64,000 bases of DNA from an uncultured delta proteobacterium (GTDB taxonomy: Bacteria; Desulfobacterota; Binatia; Binatales; Binataceae), in the NCBI GenBank assembly GCA_963744545.1, contig CAVUUH010000027.1, forward strand, positions 297,028 through 361,027. Reading direction: 5' to 3'. Position numbers and translations under genes: made by a program. Below the pieces are notes generated by a model that saw nothing but the letters and a program-made list of their open reading frames with translations, was not told the DNA's origin and made no database searches. Every line of letters begins with the position of its first letter. Within the stretch, counting starts at the first letter, position 1. Of this stretch, positions 8,926-20,946 are shown one piece after another.

Positions 8926-11503
8926 TTGCCTCCGATTCCGGCGGTCAACCTGGTAGACCGGGTTGCGCCGATCTACGTGGTGGCGATCGCGATCGTTACT
9001 GGCGATGCGCTGGGCAACTTCCATGTCGCGATTCCGCTGTGGCTGGAATGGACGCTCGCGCTTGTGGCACTCGTCGCGTTTCTCCGTTCCCGACGCACCC
9101 TCGGTCTCTCAGCAACGTATCTGGCGATCGTGATCGCCGCTAATGTCGCAGTGGCGAATGTGCTCGAGCCGCCGCGCAAGCCGCACGGCATCGCGACGAT
9201 GGTCGAGGGTTCGCGCGTCACGATCGAAGGACGTGTGTATCGCGAGACCGAGCACGAAGCCTACGGCGATCGAATCTACGTCAAAGTCGCTCGGGCCGCA
9301 GAGCAGGGCGGTACGATGTTCGAGTCGAGCGGCAATGTTCGAATCGCAGTGCTCGGCTTCAGCGCTTTCAAGCTTGGCGACGAGATCCGGCTGACTGCGC
9401 GGATCCATTTCCCTCGGAACTATGGGAATCCCGGCGAGTTCGACTACGTGGGACTGATGGCGCGCGACGGCATCGACGCGCACGATGACGGCGCCGAAAA
9501 ATTCGCTCGGTTCCGCCCGGTTTCAACTAATCGGCCATCGTTCGGTCTTTCCGGGAAGCGAGATTGAATCGATAAGGGCGCACATCGGCGGCTTCTTCGA
9601 TCGCAACCTCGCCTATCCTGAGAACGCCGAGATGCGGGCGCTTGTAATCGGCGATCAAGGCGAGATCGGCGATCCGCTGCGGCAGATGTTCGCGCGCACT
9701 GGTATGGCGCATCTGCTGGTTATCTCCGGTCTGCATTTGAGCATCGTGGCGGCCGCTATGTTCGCCGCGGTGCGCCTTGCGATGATGCTGTTACCGGGAC
9801 TCGCGAACCGCGGTTATGCGAACAAGGTTGCCGCGGTCGCCGCGATGATTGCGGTGTGCGCGTACGCGTCGATCGCGGGGCATCACGTATCGACGGTGCG
9901 CGCGCTGACGATGGTGCTGGCGTACATGCTGGCCGTCGCTATCGATCGTTCGCGTGAGGCGATCGCATCGTTGGCGCTGGCCGCAATCGTGATTTGTGTC
10001 GCGCTTCCCGGCTCAACCGCCGACATCGGCTTTCAGCTATCGTTCGCGTCGGTGATTGCGATCGTGCTCGGCATGCGCCGATGTGCCGCCTGGTTCGCCC
10101 GCCGAAAACGTCTCGGCCTGCTTCGCGGCGAACCCTCGTCGCTGCGCTGGCGATATATTGAAGCGCCGGCCGGCTATCTCGCGGTGTCGTTCTGGGCGAT
10201 GGTCGGGACGGCTCCTCTTACCGCGTATCATTTCAACCAGTTCGCGGTCGTTGGAATCGTCGCGAACGCACTGGTGATGCCGATCATGGCGTTCGGCGCG
10301 ACGATCAGCGGACTCGTCGCGGCCGCATTGAGTTTCTTTTCGGAGTCGGCCGCGCGACCGATCCTGTTGTTCGGCGCGAGCGCGCTCGCGGCAGGTAACT
10401 GGCTGGCTGCATGGTTTGTCGATTGGCCACTCGCGTGGTTCCGCATCTTCACTCCGACAATTCTCGAACTCACGATCGCATACGCGTTGCTGGCGACGTG
10501 GCTACTCGCCCCACTTGCGGTCGCGATAACTGGAAAGCGATCGCGCGACGAGATTCTCCTCAGCACAGACAGCGTACGCGGGTTTGGATGGCGTGGGCGA
10601 TTCGTCATTGCGCTCGCAGCCGTGCTGACGATTGACGCCGGCTACTGGATCTACGATCGCTTCTTCAATCCCGACTTGCGTGTCACGTTTCTGTCCGTAG
10701 GTGAGGGTGACGGCGCGGTAGTGCGATTTCCTGGCTCTCGCGTGATGCTGATCGATGGCGGTGGCTCTTATGGCGGCTTTGACGCGGGCGAGCGAATCGT
10801 CGCGCCGTACCTCTGGTCGCAGAAAATCATGCGCGTCGATTACATTGTGCTGAGCCATCCCGACCTTGACCATTTCGGCGGCCTGGATTTTATCGCGATG
10901 AACTTCGCGCCGCGCGCGTTCTGGACCACTGGCGTGTCGAGCCTCGACGTCAGTTACTCACGCTTCATGGACGACCTCGAGCGCGCGAGAGTTCCGATGG
11001 TGCAGGTACTTAAGAAGTCCCCCGTTGCTGACATCGGCGGCGTTTCGATTTCGTCGCTCAATGGCGACGCCGCCATCGCGAAGTCGCACAACAACAGCTC
11101 GATGGTGTTGCGATTCAGCTTCGGGAGCACCTCACTCTTGTTCACCGGCGATATCGAGTCGGCCGGAGAGCGCGCGTTGATCGAAAATCGCGGCGATCTT
11201 CAGGCGACGATACTCAAGGTGCCGCATCATGGCAGTGCGACTTCCTCGACCGCAGCATTCATCGCCGCGGTGCATCCGGAGGCGGCGGTGATCTCGGACG
11301 GATACTTGAACAATTTTCATTTCCCGGCGGCCGCTGTGGTTGAACGTTATGTCGAAGCGGGCGCCATCCTGATGCGCACCGACCTCGACGGCGCCGTGAT
11401 GGTCGATGCGAGTCCAAATCGGATGACCGTTCGAACGTTTCGAGGGCGTCCCGGCAGTTCAATCCGCATAGTGCACGCCATCTCGGGCGCTGCCGGGCAC
11501 TAG
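8926..11503 (+). CDS. comEC: DNA internalization competence protein ComEC/Rec2 (one frameshift near 9481)
   Basis: DUF4131-like NPGEFDY; competence domain GMAHLLVISGLH and GFQLSF; MBL domain VGEGD, SHPDLDHFGG, KVPHHGS. The two track ORFs join if one base is removed near 9481. Confidence 0.9.
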
Positions 11504-11605
11504 ATCTCTGAGTGATCAGTCAGAGCGATCGTTCAGAGCGCGCTGTAAAATCAACGAGCGATTCTATCGACCCCGCCCATCACTCTAAGCTACATATGGA
11601 TTGGA

Positions 11606-12751
11606 ATGGATCTGGAACTCAATGAAGCGCAACGCGGTGCTCGCGACGTTGCCCGCCGCTTCGCTCGCGAGAAGCTCGGGCCGATTGGCGTCGAGGCCGA
11701 CCGCTCGCATCGATATCCCGCCGAAGCGATCGACGAACTGGCGCGGCTCGGGATGCTCGGCATCTTTCTCCCCGAGCAATACGGCGGCGCAGGACTCGAT
11801 CACGTCGCGTATTCGCTGGTGCTCGAGGAACTTGCGGTTGAATGCGCGTCGACTGCTGTTATCATGTCGGCGCACTGTTCGCTCGCGTCGTGGCCGATTC
11901 TTGGTCTCGGCACCGCGAAGCAGAAAAATCATTTTCTGCCGAAAATGGCGACCGGCAACTGGCTCGGATGCTTCGCCTTGACTGAACCGCAGGCTGGATC
12001 CGATGCCGCCGGTCAGAAGACGCGCGCGGTGCTCGACGGTGATTCGTACGTGATCAACGGCACCAAGAATTTCATTACTAATGCGCCCCAATCGAAGGTG
12101 GCGATCGTGTTTGCGATGACGCAGCCCGACAAAGGCCATCACGGGATCAGCGCGTTTGCCGTCGAGACCGATACACCGGGATGGGCCGTCACGCGGGTCG
12201 AAGACAAGATGGGAATTCATGGCGCGCATTCCGCGCAGTTGAGTTTTTCGGATATGCGAGTGCCGCGCGAGAATCTGCTGCTCGAGGAAGGGCAGGGATT
12301 CAAGGTCGCGATGAAGACTCTGGACGGCGGCCGGATCGGAATCGCGTCGCAGGCGCTGGGAATCGCGCGCGCGTCGCTCGAGGCGTCATTGAAGTACGCG
12401 CAGGAGCGGCTGACGTTCGGCAAGCCGATCGCGCAGTACCAGGCGATTCAGTGGAAGCTCGCCGACATGGCGGTCGAGATCGACGCGGCGCGTCTGCTGA
12501 CGCATCGCGCGGCGACGTTGAAAGATCGCGGCGAGGCGTGCACCAAGGAATCGGCGATGGCGAAATTATTCGCGGCGGAAACCGCGATGAAGTCCGCGAC
12601 CGAGGCGGTGCAGATTCACGGCGGCTACGGCTACACGAAAGAGTTCAAGGTCGAGCGCTTTTTCCGCGACGCCAAAATCACCGAAATCTATGAAGGTACC
12701 TCGGAGATTCAGCGGCTGGTAATCGCGGGCAGCGTGCTCGACAACCGGTGA
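11606..12751 (+). CDS. Acyl-CoA dehydrogenase (short/branched chain, butyryl-CoA DH-like)
   Basis: [38 protein letters not shown]. Confidence 0.95.
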   Translation: MDLELNEAQRGARDVARRFAREKLGPIGVEADRSHRYPAEAIDELARLGMLGIFLPEQYGGAGLDHVAYSLVLEELAVECASTAVIMSAHCSLASWPILGLGTAKQKNHFLPKMATGNWLGCFALTEPQAGSDAAGQKTRAVLDGDSYVINGTKNFITNAPQSKVAIVFAMTQPDKGHHGISAFAVETDTPGWAVTRVEDKMGIHGAHSAQLSFSDMRVPRENLLLEEGQGFKVAMKTLDGGRIGIASQALGIARASLEASLKYAQERLTFGKPIAQYQAIQWKLADMAVEIDAARLLTHRAATLKDRGEACTKESAMAKLFAAETAMKSATEAVQIHGGYGYTKEFKVERFFRDAKITEIYEGTSEIQRLVIAGSVLDNR

Positions 12752-14397
12752 GGGTCGAAATCGTGAGCAACAAAAAAAAATGGCTCGAGACGACCTACAA
12801 GCAGGCGAGCGAGCGCCCGGTCCGTTTCTCGACCGTGTCCGACATGGAGCTCGACCCGCTATACACGCCGGACGACGTGACCGGCTCGTACGACGACGCG
12901 CTCGGCAACCCGGGCGAGTATCCGTACACACGCGGTGTGTACGGCTCGATGTATCGCGGGCGGTTGTGGACGATGCGCCAGTTCGCCGGCTTCGGTCTCG
13001 CCGAGGACACTAACGCGCGGTTCCATTTTTTACTGGGCCAGGGCCAGGACGGGCTTTCAACCGCGTTCGACATGCCGACGCTGATGGGCTACGACGCCGA
13101 TCACGAACGCGCGCTCGGCGAAGTGGGGCGCGAAGGCGTGTCGGTCTCGACAGTCTACGACATGGCGACGCTGTTCGATCGAATCCCGCTGGACCGGGTC
13201 AGCACTTCCATGACGGTCAACTGTTCAGCTTCGATCCTGCTCGCGATGTACCTGGTGGTGGCCGAGCGCAACGGAATTCCGTGGGATCGCGTCGGCGGCA
13301 CCATCCAGAACGACATGCTCAAGGAGTACATCGCGCAGAAGGAATGGATTTGCCCGCCGCGCCCCGCGCTGAGAATCGTCACCGACATGATCGAATTCTG
13401 CGCGCGCAAAGTTCCGCGCTGGCACGCCGTTTCGATTTCGGGTTACCACATCCGCGAGGCCGGCTCGACCGCGGTGCAGGAGTTGGCGTTCACGATCGCC
13501 GACGGTATCTGCTACGTCGATGAAGCGGTCAAGCGCGGAATCGCCGTCGACGACTTTGCGCAACGTCTGTCTTTCTTCTGGAACCTGCACAACGATTTTC
13601 TCGAAGAGGTCGCCAAGCTCCGCGCCGCGCGCCGGATGTGGGCGCGAATCATGAAAGATCGTTTCGGTGCGAAGAATCCGAAATCGATGATGCTGCGGAC
13701 GCACGCGCAGACCGCGGGCGCATCGCTGACCGCGCAACAGCCAATCAACAACGTGGTGCGCGTGGCGATCCAGGCGCTAGCTGGAGTGCTCGGTGGAATC
13801 CAGTCGCTGCATACCAATTCGATGGACGAAACGCTCGCGCTGCCAACCGAGCAGGCCGTCATGGTCGCGCTGCGCACGCAGCAGGTCATCGCCGAAGAGA
13901 CCGGCGTGACGAATACGATCGATCCATTCGGCGGCAGCTACGCGGTCGAGGCGCTGACCGACAGAATGGAACGCGAGGCCAACGACTATATTCGGCGCAT
14001 CGACGAGATGGGCGGGATGGTCAAGGCAATCGAGACCGGTTATCCGCAACGCGAGATCGCCGAGGCCGCATTTCACTTTCAGCGTCAGCTCGAGCAAGGA
14101 ATCAAGACCGTGGTCGGCGTCAACAAGTATTCGATTCCCGAGGAGATCCCGATCGCTACGCTTAAGATTGATCCCGAGATCGAAGAGCGTCAGATTCAAC
14201 GCGTGCGCAAGGTCAAGCGCGAACGAAACTCCGTCGCCGTCAAGGAAGCGCTCGCGCGCGTTTCCGAGGCGTGCCGCTCCGGCGAGAATCTGATGGAACC
14301 GATTTGCGAGGCGGTGCGACGCGACGCGACTGTCGGCGAAGTATGCGATATTTTTCGCACGGAGTTCGGCGTATACACTGACCCAGGCTGGATTTAG
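12748..14397 (+). CDS. icmA: AdoCbl-dependent acyl-CoA mutase large subunit, isobutyryl-CoA mutase type
   Basis: [19 protein letters not shown] (Phe), [14 protein letters not shown] (Gln), [19 protein letters not shown]. Start may be GTG 12763. Confidence 0.8.
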   Translation: MRVEIVSNKKKWLETTYKQASERPVRFSTVSDMELDPLYTPDDVTGSYDDALGNPGEYPYTRGVYGSMYRGRLWTMRQFAGFGLAEDTNARFHFLLGQGQDGLSTAFDMPTLMGYDADHERALGEVGREGVSVSTVYDMATLFDRIPLDRVSTSMTVNCSASILLAMYLVVAERNGIPWDRVGGTIQNDMLKEYIAQKEWICPPRPALRIVTDMIEFCARKVPRWHAVSISGYHIREAGSTAVQELAFTIADGICYVDEAVKRGIAVDDFAQRLSFFWNLHNDFLEEVAKLRAARRMWARIMKDRFGAKNPKSMMLRTHAQTAGASLTAQQPINNVVRVAIQALAGVLGGIQSLHTNSMDETLALPTEQAVMVALRTQQVIAEETGVTNTIDPFGGSYAVEALTDRMEREANDYIRRIDEMGGMVKAIETGYPQREIAEAAFHFQRQLEQGIKTVVGVNKYSIPEEIPIATLKIDPEIEERQIQRVRKVKRERNSVAVKEALARVSEACRSGENLMEPICEAVRRDATVGEVCDIFRTEFGVYTDPGWI

Positions 14398-14400
14398 GCG

Positions 14401-14805
14401 ATGGCGGAAAAGAGACTCAGAATTCTGGTCGCGAAACCGGGACTCGACGGTCACGATCGCGGAGCGAAAATTATCGCACGCGCACTGCGCGACGGCGGCT
14501 TCGAGGTCATCTACACCGGGCTGCATCAGACTCCCGAAATGATCGCGGAAGCTGCCGTACAGGAAGACGCCGACGCGGTGGGGCTCAGCGTACTTTCGGG
14601 TGCGCACATGACGCTGTTCCCCGAGGTCATGCGCTTGCTGAAAGAGCGCGGCGCTGCCGACGTCGCAGTGTTCGGCGGCGGTATTATTCCCGATGACGAC
14701 GCAGAGAAGCTCAAGCAGCAGGGCGTCCGGCAAATTTTTACCCCCGGCGCGTCAACCGAAGACATCGTCAAGTGGGTGCGCGAGAACGTCGCGGCCCGCG
14801 CCTAG
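14401..14805 (+). CDS. icmB: Cobalamin-binding small subunit of acyl-CoA mutase
   Basis: [10 protein letters not shown] (DxHxxG), SVLSGAH, GGGIIP. Confidence 0.85.
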   Translation: MAEKRLRILVAKPGLDGHDRGAKIIARALRDGGFEVIYTGLHQTPEMIAEAAVQEDADAVGLSVLSGAHMTLFPEVMRLLKERGAADVAVFGGGIIPDDDAEKLKQQGVRQIFTPGASTEDIVKWVRENVAARA

Positions 14806-14810
14806 GTTCA

Positions 14811-15968
14811 ATGAATTTCGATCTCACGGAAGAACAGCGGCGTATCCGCGAAACGCTCACCGACTTTGCCGAGCGCGAGATCAAACCGCATTCGACCAAG
14901 TGGGATAAGGAAGAAACCTTCCCGCGGCATATCGTCGAGCAGCTCGGTCAGCTCGGCTTTCTCGGCGTTGCGTTTCCGGAAAAATTTGGCGGCGGCGGCG
15001 CTGACACACTTTCGCAGGTGTTGGTGGTCGAAGGACTCTCGCGCTACGACGCGTCGATCGGGCTCACCTGCGCCGCGCACATGTCGCTCTCGACCGGGCA
15101 TATCGCCGGGTTCGCATCCGACGAGCAGCGTAGTCAGTACGTCCCCGACATGCTGCAGGCGAAGAAGCTCGGCGCGTGGTGCCTGACCGAGCCGAGTTCC
15201 GGTTCCGATGCGGCCGCGATGCACACGAAGGCGACGCGCATCGGCGACAACTATTCGATCACCGGCTCCAAGATGTTCATCACCAACGGCACGGTCGCCG
15301 ACGTGTATGTCGTGATGGCGATTACCGATCAGGCGCGCGGGCGCGACGGCGTGTCGGCATTCATCGTCGATCGCGGAACTGCCGGGCTATCGAACGGAAA
15401 GAAAATCGAGAAGCTGGGACTGCGCGCATCCGACACCGCCGAAGTGATCTTTGAAAATGTCACGGTGCCGGCGCGTAATCTGGTCGGCGAGCTGGGCGCG
15501 GGCTATCGGCAGACTCTGAAGGTGCTCGAAGCGGGCAGAATCGGGATCGCGGGATTCGCGGCGGGAATCGCTCGGGGCGGATTCGAGGAGGCGCGCAGCT
15601 ACGCGCTCGAGCGCGGGCAGTTCGGCAAGAAGATTGCAGAGTTCCAGGCAATCCAGTGGATGTTCGCCGACATGGCGACGCGAATCGACGCGTCGTGGGT
15701 GCTCATCTGCCGCGCCGCCGCGCTCAAGGATGCGGGCAAGCCGTTCGCGCGCGAGGCCGCGATGGCGAAGCTGTTCGCGTCGGAAACCGCGATGTGGTCG
15801 ACGATCAAAGCCGTCCAGATTCACGGCGGCTACGGCTACGTCACCGATTTCCCGGTCGAGCGCTACATGCGCGACGCGAAGCTGTCGGAAATTGGCGAGG
15901 GCACCAGCGAAGTGCAGCGGATGATCATCGCCAAGTCGCTGCTGCGCGACGGCTACCTGCCCGCCTGA
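14811..15968 (+). CDS. Acyl-CoA dehydrogenase
   Basis: [38 protein letters not shown]; start set at ATG 14811 after the icmB stop. Confidence 0.95.
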   Translation: MNFDLTEEQRRIRETLTDFAEREIKPHSTKWDKEETFPRHIVEQLGQLGFLGVAFPEKFGGGGADTLSQVLVVEGLSRYDASIGLTCAAHMSLSTGHIAGFASDEQRSQYVPDMLQAKKLGAWCLTEPSSGSDAAAMHTKATRIGDNYSITGSKMFITNGTVADVYVVMAITDQARGRDGVSAFIVDRGTAGLSNGKKIEKLGLRASDTAEVIFENVTVPARNLVGELGAGYRQTLKVLEAGRIGIAGFAAGIARGGFEEARSYALERGQFGKKIAEFQAIQWMFADMATRIDASWVLICRAAALKDAGKPFAREAAMAKLFASETAMWSTIKAVQIHGGYGYVTDFPVERYMRDAKLSEIGEGTSEVQRMIIAKSLLRDGYLPA

Positions 15969-15971
15969 CGT

Positions 15972-16688
15972 TCAATCTTCCAGCAAATCTTCCTGAATGA
16001 TCGCGAGTTCGTGCGCGTCGAGGCCGATGACCTCGCGCATGAAGCCTTCGATGCCGCCGTTCTCGTCGATCAATTCGAAGACCGGATCGAGTTGCTCGGC
16101 GGCGAGCGGAATCTTTTTGAAGACCAGGTTGCTTTCGAGAAAGTCGGCGACGATTCGATCGCGCTCGACACCGAGCATCGAGAGCAGCATCGCGGCGCCG
16201 ACTCCCGTGCGATCGCGTCCGGCTGAGCAATGGAAGAGCAGGGGGTAAACGTCGCGCTCGGCGAGCAGCTTGAAGAAGCGGCGCCAGTCGTGGCGAAAGT
16301 GCATCACGAGTGCGAGATGCTCGCGGCCGGGCTCCGGTGCGACGCGCGTGTAACCCTGGTCGTTGAACCATTCGTCGCCCATCGGGATGTGTTCCCATCG
16401 TACGCCCACGCGCGTCGCGGGTTCCGGCGAGCCCAGATGTTTCACTTCGGCGCGGCTCTGCAGAGTGACGAGTGTGCGAAGCTTCAGCTGACTGATGGGA
16501 CTCTCGGGTGGGACTTCGGCGAGATGCGACGAACGAAATATCTTGCCGGCGCGGACGCGGCGTTGATTGGCGACCGGATGTCCGCCGAGATCGCGAAAAT
16601 TCTGCGCAGCGAAACTGCGAAGCAGCTCGAAGTCGACGACGACGCGCGGCTTCTCGGTCGCGTCTTCAGTTTTGTCTTTTTTCGGCAA
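15972..16688 (-). CDS. Tyrosine/lipid phosphatase (Y_phosphatase3 family)
   Basis: NFRDLGG N-terminal motif and P-loop HCSAGRDRTG. Confidence 0.88.
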   Translation of the reverse strand: MPKKDKTEDATEKPRVVVDFELLRSFAAQNFRDLGGHPVANQRRVRAGKIFRSSHLAEVPPESPISQLKLRTLVTLQSRAEVKHLGSPEPATRVGVRWEHIPMGDEWFNDQGYTRVAPEPGREHLALVMHFRHDWRRFFKLLAERDVYPLLFHCSAGRDRTGVGAAMLLSMLGVERDRIVADFLESNLVFKKIPLAAEQLDPVFELIDENGGIEGFMREVIGLDAHELAIIQEDLLED

Positions 16689-16798
16689 AGTATTCAGCGA
16701 GTCTCTTGCGCTTCAAGTTTAACAGGGCGTGCCGCGCGGACCAAAGGTGAATCATCGACCGCCTGTCCGCCCTTGCCTCATGCACCGCGGTCGGTTAA

Positions 16799-16812
16799 TA
16801 GACTTGAGTCTA
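16799..16812. promoter_or_regulatory. Palindromic operator, probable TetR autoregulation site
   Basis: TAGACT-TG-AGTCTA ending 5 nt upstream of the TetR ATG. Confidence 0.6.
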
Positions 16813-16817
16813 GTTAT

Positions 16818-17486
16818 ATGGCTGAGTATATCGAGAGCGCCAGTGTTCATGCCGTTGCCGCGGCGCCGGTCTCGCGGCGTGAGCGCAAGAAGGGGCGCAC
16901 CCGCGCTGATATTTACAACGCCGCGATGAATTTATTTGTGCGGCGCGGTTTCGATTCGGTTACGATCGAGGACATTTGCGAGGCCGCCGACGTGGCGCGC
17001 GCGACTTTCTTTCTGCATTTTCCGGCCAAGGAAGCTCTGTTGATCGAGTACGGCGAGCGCGCCAACGACGAGCTCGCAGCCGCGATAGCCGAGTATCGTG
17101 GGAGCGCGACCGCGACCATTCGGATGGCGCTCAAGATGCTGGCCGAACGCGCCGTGCGCCATCCTGATGTCGTCCGCCTGGTGATGCGTGAAATGCTGGC
17201 GCGGCCGCGCGTACTCAGCGATCACGACGAGAAGGCAGCCGGACTGGTTGATCTGCTCGCGGCGATTATCCGACGCGGTCAGAAGAGTGGCGAGTTTCGG
17301 CGGCGAACGGAGCCGACGGTCGCGGCGCTGACTGCATGCTCGGCGTTTTTTGCGCTGATTTATACGTGGGTCCGGCACGACGGAAAGATCGATATCGAGG
17401 CGGCCGTCGCGGAGACTCTGGACATTATTTTGAATGGGATCAGTGAGAAGAAAATTCAAACGGGGATGAAGCGCAGGAACAGCTAA
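16818..17486 (+). CDS. TetR/AcrR family transcriptional regulator
   Basis: RRERKKGRTRADIYNAAMNLF...GFDSVTIEDICEAADVARATFFLHFPAKEAL; the track extension from 16230 is antisense to the phosphatase. Confidence 0.92.
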   Translation: MAEYIESASVHAVAAAPVSRRERKKGRTRADIYNAAMNLFVRRGFDSVTIEDICEAADVARATFFLHFPAKEALLIEYGERANDELAAAIAEYRGSATATIRMALKMLAERAVRHPDVVRLVMREMLARPRVLSDHDEKAAGLVDLLAAIIRRGQKSGEFRRRTEPTVAALTACSAFFALIYTWVRHDGKIDIEAAVAETLDIILNGISEKKIQTGMKRRNS

Positions 17487-17487
17487 T

Positions 17488-18899
17488 ATGGAAAATACTC
17501 ATGCGATTGTGATTGGCGGCAGCATGGCGGGGCTTTGTGCTGCATGCGTGCTGAGCAAGTTCTACGAGAAGGTTACTGTGATCGATCGGGATGCTTATCC
17601 TGCAGGTGCGCATGAGCGGCCCGGGGTTCCGCAGAGCCGGCACGTTCATGCTTTGCTGATGCGAGGACGGCTCGAACTCGATCGGCTGTTCCCGGGTTTC
17701 GAAAAGACGATGCTGGAGCGCGGCGCTATCGAGATAAATTTCGGGCGTGACTTTGCCGCGCTCAGAGCGGACGGATGGGCTGAGCGGCGTCCCAACTCGA
17801 TCACGACACTCTTTGCGAGCCGCGTGCTGATCGAGGAGACCGTGCGCGAGTTGCTTCGTCGTATTCCAAACGTCGAGCTGATCGAACGGGCAGAAGCGGT
17901 TGGATTCGAGACGGTGCGTGGCGACTCGATTCGGGTGAGTGGGGTAAAAGTGAATCCGCGCGATGGCGGCGCGTCATTCACGCTGACTGGCGACCTGATC
18001 GTCGACGCGAGCGGGCGCACGACCAAAGTTCCCTCGTGGATCGAGGCGATGGGGTTGCCGTCGCCGCCCGAGACGGTGGTCGATTCGCATACCGGATACG
18101 CGTCGCGATGGTACAAGGTGGATCCTGAGCGCCGCCCGAAAGACTGGTGGTGGAAGGGAATCTGGATCGATCCGATTGCGGCGAGTTTTTCACTGCGGGC
18201 GTGTTGTTTCCGGTCGAAGGCAATCGAATGATTGTTTCGCTGGCGGGGATCGGAGGCCATTACCCGCCGAGCGACGAGGCCGAATTTACCGCCATGCTGG
18301 CGAAATTGCGCTCGCCGATAATCGCCGAAGAAGTCGCGCTGGCGGAGCCGATGTCGCAGGTCTATTCGTATCGGCAGATGGCGAATCGCTGGCGGCATTA
18401 TGACAAATGGGGCGCGCGGCTCGACGGTTTCGTCGCGCTCGGCGACTCGTCATGCGCATTCAATCCGGTTTACGGACAGGGGATGACGTCGGGCGCGTTG
18501 TCGGCGCTGATGCTCGGCGAGTGTCTTGAGAAGAACGGCATCAACGATGTCGAGGTCCCGCGAAAATTCTTCGCGTCGCAGGCGCGCTTCCAGGCCGAGC
18601 CGTGGGGACTCGCGACCGCGTCGGATTTCAGAGTGCCGGGGACAGAGGGCAAGCGTCCTTTGATGAGCCGCGTGACCGATCCTTTGGTCAGCAAAATGTT
18701 CCAGGTCGCCAACGACGATCCGGCGATCGGCGAGCGTATCGGCGAAGTGATCAACATGATGAAGCCGCCGTCGGCGCTGTTCGAAGCGTCATTACTGAAG
18801 CTGATCGCGAAGGCATGGTCGCGCAGGCTGATCAAGGGCAGGAAGCGAGAGAAAGAATCGACAGCGATGCCGCCGCTCGCACTGGGCGTCGAAGGGTAG
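17488..18899 (+). CDS. FAD-dependent oxidoreductase/monooxygenase (frameshift near 18180)
   Basis: IGGSMAGL, RPGVPQSRHVH, DASGR in the first ORF; LGDSSCAFNPVYGQGMT in the second; the two join with one added base. Confidence 0.85.
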
Positions 18900-18916
18900 G
18901 CGAAAGCACTTCATCC

Positions 18917-19061
18917 AATGTGAAACCCGCGGTGGGTTTCACGCTTCCTTCGGCAGGGGTGACCCCTGCACCCAGGTGAGAAGAAATCGCGAAATGTCGA
19001 AGACGACATTTCGCTCTCAAGTTTTTTCCTGTGTCATTCTAGAGCGAAGCGAGGATTCCCG
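18917..19061. repeat. ~145-bp multi-hairpin intergenic element, copy 1
   Basis: Close to the reverse complement of 46658-46799; three conserved stems plus a GTCATTCTAGAGCGAAGCGA end. Confidence 0.85.
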
Positions 19062-19078
19062 CAGGTTAGAAGAATTAG

Positions 19079-19993
19079 TTACTGCTGGTTTTGTTGGTTC
19101 GAGCTGTCGTTGGGATCCATCGGGCGAGTGAGATCCGGCAGCGGTTCTATCTTCAGGTCTACCGACATCAATTGCATGCCGCCGTGGCTTCGATACACGC
19201 CGCGCATTGGCGGGACGTCGGAGTAGTCGCGGCCGATGGCGACTCTTATGTGCCGCTCGTCGACCATGCATCCGTTGGTCGGATCGAACCCCGTCCATCC
19301 CAAGCCGGGTAACTGCGCTTCCAGCCATGCGTGGCTCGCTTGCGCGCCGATGCTCGATGCGGCGGAGTTCGCGGCGGGCGCGAGGTAGCCCGAGACGTAG
19401 CGCGTGGGAATGCCGGCGAGGCGCAGCACGCCGATCGTGAGATGCGCGAAGTCCTGGCATACACCGCCGCCGACGCTGAGAATCTCGTCGGCCGTCGAGT
19501 GCACTTTCGTCATCCCCGGCTCATAGACGAACTGGTCGCGGATAAAGGCGACGATGCGGTTCGCATACGCGGCCACGTCTTCGGACGGATCAGGTTTCGC
19601 CAGCCAGAAGAATTTGCGCAGCGGATCGCTGAACGGCACGTGGCGGCTCGCGTTCAGGAAATCGTACTCGAGTCGATTGCGGACGTGATCCTCGAGCAGG
19701 TACTCGCCGAACGGTGTCGGAATCGCGGCAGGATGCGGCGCATGCACGCGCTCGACCAGAGATTTCGCCGCGACGATCAGTTCAGGATGCTGATCGTGGA
19801 GCGAGAATCCGTAAACGCGATTGCCGTAGTAGTCGTCGTATTCAAACGTAGACGCGTCGGGAGTCAGATCGAGATCGAACTCGACGCATCGCTGATCCGC
19901 ACTTTCGAGCGGGCGCATTCGCACCTCGTTGTGTGAATCATAGGCGGGCGCCTGGTACTCGAAGCGGGTGATGTGGCAGATCCGCAGCAGCAT
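19079..19993 (-). CDS. Transglutaminase-like protein (Bact_transglu_N + core)
   Basis: HITRFEY N-terminus; GVCQDFAH, RYVSGYL, SHAW, FDPTN (Cys-His-Asp triad), GRDYSDVPP. Confidence 0.92.
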   Translation of the reverse strand: MLLRICHITRFEYQAPAYDSHNEVRMRPLESADQRCVEFDLDLTPDASTFEYDDYYGNRVYGFSLHDQHPELIVAAKSLVERVHAPHPAAIPTPFGEYLLEDHVRNRLEYDFLNASRHVPFSDPLRKFFWLAKPDPSEDVAAYANRIVAFIRDQFVYEPGMTKVHSTADEILSVGGGVCQDFAHLTIGVLRLAGIPTRYVSGYLAPAANSAASSIGAQASHAWLEAQLPGLGWTGFDPTNGCMVDERHIRVAIGRDYSDVPPMRGVYRSHGGMQLMSVDLKIEPLPDLTRPMDPNDSSNQQNQQ

Positions 19994-20002
19994 CGCATCA
20001 AT

Positions 20003-20946
20003 TCAATCGGTCCTGAGGTAGCGTTGAAAGACCTCGTCGCTCAGCGCGGCGCATCCGTCCTGAATCTCGAAGCAGAAACTGGTGCAGGCCGGATTTGATC
20101 ACTTCGAGCGAGCGCTTCGAGCGCATCAGCGTCCAACAGTTCTTCGAGCCGCGAGGAGGGCGGCGAAGGTTCGGGCGACTCGTTCTGGATCCGGTTCAGC
20201 GACGTTTCGACCATCGCGAGCGAGAATCGCGCGGAACGCGGAAAAGTCGGATCGAAGAGCAGGATTTCGACCACGTTGTCGATTCTGATCGAGTTGCCGA
20301 AGCGCTTGCGATACGCCTCGAGGCCCGAGGCGCTGCGCAGCACCGCGGCCCATTGGAGGATATCGAGCGAGCCGCCGACGTCTTCCAGGCGCGGCAGCAG
20401 GAAGTGGTACTTGACGTCGAGCATCCGCGAAACGTCCTCGGTCCGTTCGAGCATGATGCCGAGTTGCATGAAGTCGTACGCGATGTCGCGCGGGATGGTG
20501 CTCTGACGGATGCCGGAGAGGCGATAGAAACTGTCCTTGAGATCGGCGAAGAACGCGAACACGCCGGGCGTGATGAAAAGTTCCGGCGTCCATTCCTGCG
20601 CGTTCAGATAGAGCGTGTTGAGATCGAGCCACAGCTCGGACGAGATGTAGTGACGCAGCGAGATCGCGTTGTTGCGGGCAGTGTTGATGCAACTGCGAAT
20701 CGAATTGGGATTATCGGTATCGAGCGCAAAGAAGTTGAGAATCGAAGCGTCGTCCGCGGTCTTGTAGTACTCGGCAAAGAGTTCGCGCTCGCCGAATATC
20801 GCGAGTAGCGGAGCCCATGGCTGCACGTCGCGCGGCGGACTCTCGATCAGCAGATGGTAGTTGACGTCGAGCAGGCGCGCGCGCCATTCGGCTCGTTCCA
20901 AATTGCGGGCGGTCCAGAAAAGATGACTCGCGATTCGCCGGAGCAT
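20003..20946 (-). CDS. Alpha-E domain protein (C-terminus frameshifted)
   Basis: MLRRIASHLFWTARNLERAE, LGIMLERTE, FPRS. Removing two single bases restores ...GLHQFLLEIQDGCAALSDEVFQRYLRTD* with stop at 20003. Confidence 0.88.

Noticed and set aside
11504-11605. Cobalamin riboswitch ahead of the B12 mutase operon
   Set aside because: The region is only ~100 nt and has no B12-box or GGGAA core.
16230-16817. Long N-terminal extension on TetR
   Set aside because: Overlaps the opposite-strand phosphatase and the promoter region; the HTH begins after ATG 16818.
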